32,194 nt of DNA from positions 1 through 32,194 of IMG/VR virus record IMGVR_UViG_3300027797_002864. The stretch is one strand, 5' to 3'. This DNA is from a virus. Lineage: Duplodnaviria > Caudoviricetes. Positions 1-7,723 of the stretch are shown here, one piece after another. Under the pieces are notes generated by a model. It had not been told where the DNA came from. It ran no database searches and saw only the letters and a program-made list of their open reading frames with translations. The first letter of the stretch is position 1, and each line of letters begins with the position of its first letter. Made by a program: the position numbers and the translations under genes.

Positions 1-1
1 A

Positions 2-70
2 AATTTACCGGTAAATTGTTTTTACCGTTTTACTGGTAAATTTACTTTTTTACCAGTAAATTTACTGTTT
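2..70. repeat. Cluster of palindromic TTTAC/GTAAA repeats with about 20-bp periodicity, possibly cut by the window edge
   Basis: Perfect palindromes AATTTACCGGTAAATT (2-17) and CAGTAAATTTACTG (54-67). TTTACTGGTAAA (29-40) and TTTACCAGTAAA (49-60) are exact reverse complements. Units 21-40 and 41-60 match at 16/20. Confidence 0.8.
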
Positions 71-368
71 TGCTTGTTTTCAACCTAAAGTGTGACAATC
101 TGGACAAAATGAATAAAATAAACCTCCTTTGGACTCCCAAAATGCATTATAACTTACTATATTTTACTCTATTAATGTGCAAGGTAGAATGTTTCGAGAA
201 GTAATAAAAACTTAATGTGTTCACTTTGGGATGAGTCAAACTGATAACATTTACCAAATGATAACAATAGCCAGCTCTATTCTCAAATACATTTGCACAT
301 TAAAAAGGGATTTGGGACAGGGTGAATTTGATCACATTAACCAATTAATAACATTATTAATGATTACA

Positions 369-659
369 TTAAGAGGCTTCGACTGTATTTTCATACTTAG
401 TAACATACTTACTAACAGGTATTAGAGGCTCATAACTTATAAACATTTTAACTATTTCGTATGTCGTATCTACACATAATAACTCCTTTAGTATATTTCT
501 CAATCGTTCTTCTTGTAAAACGATAACAAAAACGTTTTGCATGCTTAGTTTCTTTCCTTTTAGTAAACTGCACAGAGTACAGAACGATAATAGGAGATGC
601 TCTGTCTCATTCTTCATTATATTAGAGGAAGGCGTCTCTATATCAGTGTTTAACTGCAT
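369..659 (-). CDS. Hypothetical protein (96 aa)
   Basis: ORF overlaps the stop of the upstream DHH gene on the same strand; no motif recognised. Confidence 0.65.
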   Translation of the reverse strand: MQLNTDIETPSSNIMKNETEHLLLSFCTLCSLLKGKKLSMQNVFVIVLQEERLRNILKELLCVDTTYEIVKMFISYEPLIPVSKYVTKYENTVEAS

Positions 660-1543
660 GGTGTAAGTATTTTTGTAAAATTAAGAAATGTTTCTGTAAT
701 ATATCCTGCTGCAGCGTATTCTTGACCTCCTCCACCACACAATTTGTTAGCTATTACATCTAACTTAGCAGTGCAACCCTTAGATCGCCTAAAGAAGACT
801 TGCTTTGTATCTATGTTAATTAAAATAACAATATCAGAATTGTATTTTTTAAGTAATACTTGTGCCATTTCATTAACAGCAAAAGAGCAACAACAACTAA
901 CCACAGAATAATCTTTAATCATTCCTCGAAAACACTCAGTTGTATCTATTTGCTCCTTGAGATACCTTATAAAATATTTTATTGCGTTTTGCTCCTGTAT
1001 ATTAAACTCTCTTAGACCGTCTTGAAAGTTTTCTATAAATTTTTCTACTCGAGGATAGTTATATGAGTTAAAAACTGAATTTAATTTTATTGGAGTAGGA
1101 GTTCTTAGATCATATATATCATAACTATTAATAGCGTCTATTAGCTCCTTATGTTGAGGTGTAAAAGCTTGAATTTCACTAATTTTAAATTTATTATAAA
1201 TCAAATCAGAGGTAGAGGAATGAAGTTGTATGATTGTTTTAGCTTTTTTGAATCGATCCTTACCCTCTTCAACGAATGTCTTGTGGTGATCAATGATCAC
1301 AAATTTTTCTGTATCAACTAACTCAGTAATTTCCTTTGGAACGTAAAGATCAGTAATAAACACTTTATCATACCAATCAATATTAGTATACCACCCTTTA
1401 AACTCTCCTGCAAAGTCATTAACCTTGTCCTTTCTAACCTCCTTAATATCAAAGGTTGTGTATTTGTCTCTATATAGGAATTTTAATAGAAGAGCACTAC
1501 CAGCTCCATCAAGATCACAATCTGTCCATACACAAATTCTCAT
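650..1543 (-). CDS. DHH/DHHA1-family phosphoesterase
   Basis: Motifs DCDLDG, ITD, IIDHH and C-terminal GGGG..AAAG (DHHA1). Confidence 0.85.
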   Translation of the reverse strand: MRICVWTDCDLDGAGSALLLKFLYRDKYTTFDIKEVRKDKVNDFAGEFKGWYTNIDWYDKVFITDLYVPKEITELVDTEKFVIIDHHKTFVEEGKDRFKKAKTIIQLHSSTSDLIYNKFKISEIQAFTPQHKELIDAINSYDIYDLRTPTPIKLNSVFNSYNYPRVEKFIENFQDGLREFNIQEQNAIKYFIRYLKEQIDTTECFRGMIKDYSVVSCCCSFAVNEMAQVLLKKYNSDIVILINIDTKQVFFRRSKGCTAKLDVIANKLCGGGGQEYAAAGYITETFLNFTKILTPCS

Positions 1544-1550
1544 TAATATA

Positions 1551-1578
1551 TATTTATTAATGAGATTAATATTTTCAA
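1551..1578 (-). promoter_or_regulatory. Candidate promoter for the DHH gene: late-type AATAAATA with a TTGAAA hexamer upstream
   Basis: Minus strand reads TTGAAA-N16-TAAATA; AATAAATA ends 7 nt before the ATG. Confidence 0.4.
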
Positions 1579-2888
1579 CCGGTGAAAGCAGCTAGACTCT
1601 TAAATGATTCATCCTCAAAATCATCTACATCATCAGCTTGAGTAATAGTCAAAGTAGTATAGTCAATTCTCATGGGCTGAGTATGACCTCTCATACCATA
1701 CCTATTCTTCATCATACCTAACCTAATAATACCTAACTCTCTATCCTCTTCGTTCTGATAAATCGATACAATTACGTCAGCAGTAGCAGCTAGATTGATA
1801 CTCTCAGAGATAGTCGATAGTTCTGGGTTATCATTACCGAATCCACTACGATTTAACTGCGTACAGCTAATAATAGGACAGTTATAGGTATAACTCATAG
1901 CCCTTACCTGCTCAGTCACATGCTTTATTCGTTCATATGAGTTACTACCGATAGTAGAATGTATTAGGTTAAGATAATCTAGTACAATAGCATCAATCTT
2001 AACACCACTATCAGTCATCTTCTTAACAAAAGCATTTAACTGATTAGGAGTAATAGTAGATGGTGGAAACTCTTTGATATAAAGGTTACCAGCACCTTGT
2101 TGACTGCAGTCTGTAATCGATTGACGTAGGGTATATGCATTAGCTGCTAGATCACGAATAGGAATCTGAGTTAAGTTAGAGCATAGCCGTCGCGCATACA
2201 GTAGTTCTGACATTTCTAGAGTAATAAGTAGTACATTTTTACCCTGCTTTACCATATTAGAAGCGATATTACCGAGAAAGATAGACTTACCGATATTAGT
2301 CTCACCAGCAAACACATATAACGCTCTACCCGACTCTAAAAACCCACCATTTAAGGCTTCATCAAGCCAAGGCCAAGTACTTGGTATAGTACTATTAACA
2401 AGACTAAGATCATCAATAATAGTATTAATATTATTGAAGAGATCTAGACCCATATCAGTAACTAGACTGATATTACATGCCTTTTCAAACTTATCGAGAG
2501 CTACAGTAGTATCAACAGTACCTTTCGCTACATCTTCAGCGATACTAAGCATAGTATGATAAACAGCCTTCTCTTTTAGGAAGGTCTCCGTATTAGCATA
2601 CAGTTCATCCTTATTAAGATTCTTATCTATGTCGTTAAATGACTGGACTAGAGTCTTAAACGTAGCTTTAAGCTCATCTGTTACTAGATAAGACTTAATC
2701 TCAGTAATAGTAGGTGCTTTCTTCCTCGCATCATTAAACTCCTTAATGATGTTAAAGATAGTAGCAATACTTTTAGTTTTAAAGAATTCGGGCTTTACAT
2801 GATCTACGATAGATGCTAAATATGCAGCGTCAGATAACGCTTTATATATGATAATATGTTCAAAGAAACCTAAATCGAGCTTACTCAC
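1575..2888 (-). CDS. 41: DnaB-like replicative helicase (T4 gp41-like)
   Basis: Walker A AGETNIGKS, ITLEMSE, IKEFP, VLDYL, TQLNRSG, ISES and KNRYG, all typical of gp41/DnaB. GTG start. Confidence 0.93.
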   Translation of the reverse strand: MSKLDLGFFEHIIIYKALSDAAYLASIVDHVKPEFFKTKSIATIFNIIKEFNDARKKAPTITEIKSYLVTDELKATFKTLVQSFNDIDKNLNKDELYANTETFLKEKAVYHTMLSIAEDVAKGTVDTTVALDKFEKACNISLVTDMGLDLFNNINTIIDDLSLVNSTIPSTWPWLDEALNGGFLESGRALYVFAGETNIGKSIFLGNIASNMVKQGKNVLLITLEMSELLYARRLCSNLTQIPIRDLAANAYTLRQSITDCSQQGAGNLYIKEFPPSTITPNQLNAFVKKMTDSGVKIDAIVLDYLNLIHSTIGSNSYERIKHVTEQVRAMSYTYNCPIISCTQLNRSGFGNDNPELSTISESINLAATADVIVSIYQNEEDRELGIIRLGMMKNRYGMRGHTQPMRIDYTTLTITQADDVDDFEDESFKSLAAFTG

Positions 2889-2894
2889 TTCTTT

Positions 2895-2922
2895 ATTATA
2901 ATATGGTTCGTAATGAATGCTA
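2895..2922 (-). promoter_or_regulatory. Sigma70-like early/middle promoter with GAAC spacer box (helicase)
   Basis: TAGCAT-N7-GAACC-N4-TATAAT, 6 nt before the GTG. Confidence 0.6.
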
Positions 2923-3591
2923 TACAGTTAACTTTTTACCAGCATATTGCTGATATTTTGATAAGAACCACTTTTGACCCTCTAAAAACTCAGGAGTAAA
3001 CTCTCTAAGTCCTGGTGAAGCGTGAGTTATTAAAATATCACCAATACCAACCCTTAATTTAGCAAGACTAGCATCTAAACAGAATGAAAGGTCATACATA
3101 TGGAACTTAGACGGACAGGTTTCATCAAAGGTTACTTTATCAAACACAGTCTTACTTACAGATAGAAAAACACCATCAGCTAATACTACAGGGCTCGGAA
3201 AAGCTCCAAAACTAGTCATGTGTTTGTTATTAGCGTCTCCATGAGATACAGCACCACGTAAGCTACCTCCTTGAAAGCCTCCACCCATGAGATGCCATAA
3301 TATAGGCTCTTGAATAGTGCACTCCGTTGTACCAGCTACTCCAACAATATCATATTTTCTGTGTAGATCTTGTAATCGATATAGAAAATCTGTCGATTCA
3401 ATAATGACATCATCATGACACAGCACAACAAAGTCAACATCTTCCTGTTTACCGAATTGAAGAGCTTTGTTATATACTATAGCTAGTGATTTTTTATTAT
3501 TCTCTTTAAAGAACCATTTTTCAGTACTAGAGTTAAAGAGAAGGGTATTTTTTTTGCTACCTTTAGTAGCTGAGAATAGAAAGTATTTCAT
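2920..3591 (-). CDS. GT-A/GT2-like glycosyltransferase
   Basis: YN..L, VLCHDDV, GVAG, DGVFL and FHMYDLSFC. ATGA overlap with the upstream amidotransferase. Confidence 0.75.
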   Translation of the reverse strand: MKYFLFSATKGSKKNTLLFNSSTEKWFFKENNKKSLAIVYNKALQFGKQEDVDFVVLCHDDVIIESTDFLYRLQDLHRKYDIVGVAGTTECTIQEPILWHLMGGGFQGGSLRGAVSHGDANNKHMTSFGAFPSPVVLADGVFLSVSKTVFDKVTFDETCPSKFHMYDLSFCLDASLAKLRVGIGDILITHASPGLREFTPEFLEGQKWFLSKYQQYAGKKLTV

Positions 3592-4292
3592 ACAAACAAG
3601 AAAGGTGATTTAGTTTTAAACTTACCGACTGATTTCCACATATCATAGTTCTCTCCTACTGCAATCCAAGGGTCATAATTTTCAATCATTAAGATTTCAC
3701 CCTCCTCAAGTAACTTATAGTCTTTGCCGGGTAGAGTTGAGAATGACCCACTACTATGATAGTGTAAAAGTGATCCCTGACGAGCAAGATAGACTGTATT
3801 AGTACTTGTATTAACAATACAAAGAGCAAACGTACCTTCAAGAAGTTCTAATACCTTAGTAACTACATCAATAGGTGGTGGTGACTTACCGTCTTCAGTA
3901 TCACCTGTAGAGAACTCCTGCAACATACTAGCTATTACTGATGTATCGACAGGATTAACATTCCATGGAGTATATTCTTTATTAAGACTCTTCCAGTTAG
4001 TCAAGACACCATTATGAAGTACCATCCAGTTCAATGACTCAAAGGGATGCGAGGTATCTTGCGACCAATTACGTTTAGATGATGTAGGTGCTTGCATATG
4101 ACTAATAAAAAAGTCAAATGAGTCATCTATCTTAACCTTATTAAACTCAATAATACCTTCCTGCTTGTGAACATACTGCTTGTCGTAGTTATATAGCCCT
4201 AGTACGCTACTAGCAAATGTTCCTCGCTCGACATTTGCTTCATATAAGACCTCTAACTTAGATAAGGTATTAGCACCAATAATTGAACACAT
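3588..4292 (-). CDS. Stand-alone class II (Ntn) glutamine amidotransferase
   Basis: Nucleophile Cys2 (MCSIIG), RG, H.QAPT, HPF, HNG, DT and GTFA motifs; no fused synthetase domain. Confidence 0.85.
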   Translation of the reverse strand: MCSIIGANTLSKLEVLYEANVERGTFASSVLGLYNYDKQYVHKQEGIIEFNKVKIDDSFDFFISHMQAPTSSKRNWSQDTSHPFESLNWMVLHNGVLTNWKSLNKEYTPWNVNPVDTSVIASMLQEFSTGDTEDGKSPPPIDVVTKVLELLEGTFALCIVNTSTNTVYLARQGSLLHYHSSGSFSTLPGKDYKLLEEGEILMIENYDPWIAVGENYDMWKSVGKFKTKSPFLFV

Positions 4293-4301
4293 ATATACCT
4301 A

Positions 4302-4329
4302 ATGATAATTGTATTCTAGATATTTTCTA
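4302..4329 (-). promoter_or_regulatory. Sigma70-like promoter (amidotransferase-GT operon)
   Basis: TAGAAA-N7-GAATA-N4-TATCAT, 9 nt before the ATG. Confidence 0.5.
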
Positions 4330-4347
4330 CTTAAAAAGTGTGGTTTC

Positions 4348-4355
4348 AATAAATA
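4348..4355 (+). promoter_or_regulatory. gp55-type late promoter variant
   Basis: AATAAATA (T4 consensus TATAAATA), 7 nt before ATG 4363. Confidence 0.55.
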
Positions 4356-4362
4356 ATGGTAT

Positions 4363-5400
4363 ATGAATTTTAACGATTTAGTTAACCGTTCCCAACTAGT
4401 TGGCGAAGCTCGTGTTTCACCTTTTGCAAAGATCAGTCCCGCTTTTGGTGGTGTTACTAAAGACCTACAATCAGCTGGTCTTAGCTCTGCCCCTTACGAT
4501 ACTATTAAGTATATTGGTAATATATTAATCGATCTCAACATTCTTACCGATGAGGAATATGATAGTGCTATTAGAGCTGGTAAAGATTTTAAAAGTAAGC
4601 AGTTAGCTATGTTATCTCTTCTAGACCAGAAGAAGGAAGAGATAGTAAGTAGAGGAGACGAGGTTGGCGAAGCTATTAAGAATGGAATAAGCCAATATGT
4701 TAAGGGTGTGTCAATAAATCGCGGTGCTGGCCGTTCTGGTGGTAGGGTTGATAAGTACGAAGTTCAGAAGGCAGCTATAGAAATGAAGCGCCAAGCTAAG
4801 GATTTAGAGAAGCAAGCTAAGAGCCCTGAAGCTGCAGCAGCCGTTGAAGTTATTGCTGCTGGTCTTGATGATGCATCTAAGGCTAAGGTATCAACTGCTC
4901 ATGAATCGACTCTTTTACAGGCTTCAGTTGCAAGAGTTATTAGGGATATTAGATCTAGCTTAGGTGAAGAGGGTGTAGATATCGATGAAGGTGCTCTCGA
5001 ACAGGTAGAAGATTATATCGCAAGTAAAATAACTACACTTGAACAGTTAAAAAGCTTTATTATGAAAATTGCTCGTGAACCTGGTTACGAGCTTATTGCT
5101 GCTTATCTTGCTGATGTAATTAAACCAGTTAAAGACGCTATTTCTTCTTCTAAGTTTGAAGATGAAGAGTATGACGCATCAAAAGCAGATGTTGATGGTG
5201 ATGGCGAAGACGAGCCATGGGAAAAAAGACGAGCTAAGGCAAGAGGGTTTATGGAATCCACTACAGCTGAATACCTAACTGAGCAAATTAAGAAAGATAG
5301 ATACAATAAGGCTTCTAATGAAGCCTCGTTATCATTTACTGAGAAATTTAAACCCAAGACTAGTTGGCAGCTACAAGAGTTGCGTAACTACGGTCTATAG
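4363..5400 (+). CDS. Hypothetical late protein, possibly an internal virion protein (345 aa)
   Basis: Long ORF against the operon direction with a late-type promoter. Ala/Glu/Lys-rich, with an EF-hand-like DVDGDGEDEPWE loop. Confidence 0.7.
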   Translation: MNFNDLVNRSQLVGEARVSPFAKISPAFGGVTKDLQSAGLSSAPYDTIKYIGNILIDLNILTDEEYDSAIRAGKDFKSKQLAMLSLLDQKKEEIVSRGDEVGEAIKNGISQYVKGVSINRGAGRSGGRVDKYEVQKAAIEMKRQAKDLEKQAKSPEAAAAVEVIAAGLDDASKAKVSTAHESTLLQASVARVIRDIRSSLGEEGVDIDEGALEQVEDYIASKITTLEQLKSFIMKIAREPGYELIAAYLADVIKPVKDAISSSKFEDEEYDASKADVDGDGEDEPWEKRRAKARGFMESTTAEYLTEQIKKDRYNKASNEASLSFTEKFKPKTSWQLQELRNYGL

Positions 5401-5401
5401 A

Positions 5402-6148
5402 CTAAGCAATCTTCTTACACTCGTGCTTAGCATATAGTATATCGATATGATCTTGTTGGACATATCGAATAGGGTCTTGTAATTTTGCTTGTATAAACCC
5501 TGCTAACCTTAAGCTACTTGAAGGAGTGGTAGCATCAGCTAATCCACTCTTATCATTAGAGTAGCAGGTCCAGGTATCACCGAAAGATACCCCTAGTCGT
5601 TTACCTTCGAGTATAATCTCCGACTTAGACATATCAATAAGAGGTGCTTCAATCTTAATAAATGTTTCTCGATTAAGATTAAGGACATTATTAATGTTAT
5701 CAATAAACTCAACGCTACCATCCCAGTAGCCGGCTGCTGAGTCAATCTGAGCAGCTCCATACCATACAGTATCTGCTTTCATACTCTCAGCATATGCGCA
5801 GCAGATAGATAGAAACATCATATTCCTAAAAGGTACATATGATACAGGTTGTGCATCACCTGCAATTTTATTGATATCAGGATTATCAATAGCTTTATTA
5901 GTTAGAGATGAGGTAGGTGAGATATCTTTTATGTAAGTTACATCTAATAGTTTATTTGTAATGATACAACCAGGATATTTTTTTTGTATAGCTCTAATTT
6001 GCGTCTTAACACAATCGATCTCACGGTTGTGTCTCTGACCGTAATCAAAGGTTACAGTATGTATATGCTTATACCCTCTATCCGCTGCCATGTGTAGAAG
6101 CACAGTACTATCTGCGCCCCCTGAAAGTGCTAATACTAATTTATTCAT
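5402..6148 (-). CDS. queC: 7-cyano-7-deazaguanine (preQ0) synthase QueC, variant lacking three of four Zn-binding Cys
   Basis: PP-loop LSGGADST, FDYGQRH..E, YVPFRN..FL, GY.D...F, APL..MSK and TWTCY. Start moved to 6148 (MNKLVL), overlapping the uvsX stop. Confidence 0.9.
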   Translation of the reverse strand: MNKLVLALSGGADSTVLLHMAADRGYKHIHTVTFDYGQRHNREIDCVKTQIRAIQKKYPGCIITNKLLDVTYIKDISPTSSLTNKAIDNPDINKIAGDAQPVSYVPFRNMMFLSICCAYAESMKADTVWYGAAQIDSAAGYWDGSVEFIDNINNVLNLNRETFIKIEAPLIDMSKSEIILEGKRLGVSFGDTWTCYSNDKSGLADATTPSSSLRLAGFIQAKLQDPIRYVQQDHIDILYAKHECKKIA

Positions 6149-7265
6149 TTGTGCTTTCTGGTTCATCTGTTAATTCTTGGTCTAGTTCTGCTTCCTCGTC
6201 TTGTATAGGTTTAGAAGAGTATTTCCACTCTACATTAATCTTCTCTTCTAGTTGAGGTATAAGTATATTCTCCCATAGTTCCTTATCTTTACGGAAGTTA
6301 CGATAAAATCCTAGCTTCTGACCATTAGGTAACTGATAAGTCGCTCCTGTCTGTACAATAATATTGAAACCAGTCATTAAGTCAAGTAGACCGTAGTACT
6401 TGTTAAGACCGTTAGTAAAAGATAGGTACATTTCAACCTCAAGATACTGTTTAATGAAGCGATTCTTACGAGTCAGAGCTCGTAGAATAATACCTGAGTA
6501 GCTTTTTTGTCCAACAGTTAAGCTACTATCTGTAGTCTTACCTCCATCATCTTTTAAAGGCTTACGAGCAATCTGTACTGTTACTGATGGTAGATAAATT
6601 ACTGACTTACCTCCAGGCATATTCTTTTCAATACTAGGAAATAGCTCAGCAGGATTATCATACACATGCGAGGTAGCAATTACTGTGGTACGAGTATAAG
6701 CTCCAAGATTGGTAAGGGTTTGCATTAAGCTTTTCATGGCGCGCGCTTTACTACCCATATCAGAACTCGTATTATCTTTATCCATTCGCTTATACTCTAA
6801 CTCAGACTGCAAGTTACTTAACGAGTCAACAGCAATTACGAATTGACCTTCAAGTTTCTTCTCTTCGACCTTTGTTAAGAAGTTAAAAATAGCATTACGA
6901 GTCTGTTCTATTGTCTTACAAGGTACATACTTAACTTTAGTAATATCTAGACCTGCAGCAGTAGCGCTATCTGGATCAACAGCGTTTTCTGAGTCGAAGA
7001 TAACTACAGTCTTACCACCTTTTTGAGCATTAGCTAGTACCCTGAGTAAGAACCCAGTCTTAAAGGTTTGTGATTCACCAGCAAGTACAGTTACACGTCC
7101 CATGGGAATACCTTTATAGCAAGATCCAGAAATAATTGCATTCAGAGCATACGACCCGGTATCAATCCAACTATCAACTTGACTAAGAGTGCTCTTATCT
7201 AGATAAGTAGCATAAGGATTAATTTCGTCTAAGCTGTCTAATGCGCTTTTAATATCTTTTTCCAT
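6141..7265 (-). CDS. uvsX: UvsX/RecA-like recombinase
   Basis: IDTGSYALN, P-loop AGESQTFKT (UvsX-type FK), FDSE, VDSL, DMG..AR, PGG and KNRF. Confidence 0.92.
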   Translation of the reverse strand: MEKDIKSALDSLDEINPYATYLDKSTLSQVDSWIDTGSYALNAIISGSCYKGIPMGRVTVLAGESQTFKTGFLLRVLANAQKGGKTVVIFDSENAVDPDSATAAGLDITKVKYVPCKTIEQTRNAIFNFLTKVEEKKLEGQFVIAVDSLSNLQSELEYKRMDKDNTSSDMGSKARAMKSLMQTLTNLGAYTRTTVIATSHVYDNPAELFPSIEKNMPGGKSVIYLPSVTVQIARKPLKDDGGKTTDSSLTVGQKSYSGIILRALTRKNRFIKQYLEVEMYLSFTNGLNKYYGLLDLMTGFNIIVQTGATYQLPNGQKLGFYRNFRKDKELWENILIPQLEEKINVEWKYSSKPIQDEEAELDQELTDEPESTNE

Positions 7266-7270
7266 ACATC

Positions 7271-7298
7271 ATTATAATGTATCAGAGAATTAAATCAA
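7271..7298 (-). promoter_or_regulatory. Sigma70-like promoter (uvsX-queC)
   Basis: TTGATT-N16-TATAAT, 5 nt before the ATG, directly after a terminator. Confidence 0.65.
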
Positions 7299-7299
7299 T

Positions 7300-7327
7300 A
7301 AAAAACGCCTAATGATTATTAGGCGTT
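7300..7327 (-). terminator. Rho-independent terminator
   Basis: Perfect 10-bp inverted repeat AACGCCTAAT (7304-7313) / ATTAGGCGTT (7318-7327) with a 4-nt loop. A-run 7300-7305 gives the U tract on the minus strand. Confidence 0.8.
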
Positions 7328-7350
7328 GCAGGAGGTTATGTTATTATATT

Positions 7351-7686
7351 TTAGTCTTCAAAAAGTTTAATAACTTCTGGCTCAGCAGCAGGTTCAGGAG
7401 TTTTAATACTATTGATATTGCTATATTGATTAAGAATTGCAGAGTCTAGAACTACATCAGAGATAACGATGCTAGATTTTGTAAAGGTCCAGTTGTTTTT
7501 ATCTCGATGTTCTTTATCAAGAAACTCTACAAAGATATACGGGAACGATTGAACTTGAATCTGTCCTGTTTCTTGGTTAGGGTTAACATAAACAATTACT
7601 GGATTGTTAAGTGTAAGTTGAGTGTCGGTCTCAGATACTTTTTTACCGATAACGACGCGGCCGATTTGATCAATGATTGTAATCAT
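7351..7686 (-). CDS. Hypothetical protein (111 aa), possibly a small Sm-like beta-barrel
   Basis: Own promoter and terminator; beta-rich pattern G.VVIG...LTL.NP..V. The fold is an inference. Confidence 0.7.
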   Translation of the reverse strand: MITIIDQIGRVVIGKKVSETDTQLTLNNPVIVYVNPNQETGQIQVQSFPYIFVEFLDKEHRDKNNWTFTKSSIVISDVVLDSAILNQYSNINSIKTPEPAAEPEVIKLFED

Positions 7687-7692
7687 GTTGTT

Positions 7693-7720
7693 ATATTATA
7701 ATATTATTTTGTTTTTTCTA
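7693..7720 (-). promoter_or_regulatory. Sigma70-like promoter (111-aa gene)
   Basis: TAGAAA-N16-TAATAT, 6 nt before the ATG. Confidence 0.45.
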
Positions 7721-7723
7721 CTA

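Noticed and set aside
1-70. Possible CRISPR array or coding repeat
   Set aside because: No unique spacers between constant repeats, and the minus-strand frames are closed by stops.
231-425. 64-aa plus-strand ORF
   Set aside because: Overlaps the 3' end of the minus-strand gene, has no motif and no promoter of either class; probably spurious.
7331-7370. GGAGG followed by ATG on the plus strand
   Set aside because: Only 2 nt spacing, and it opens a 10-codon ORF antisense to a real gene.
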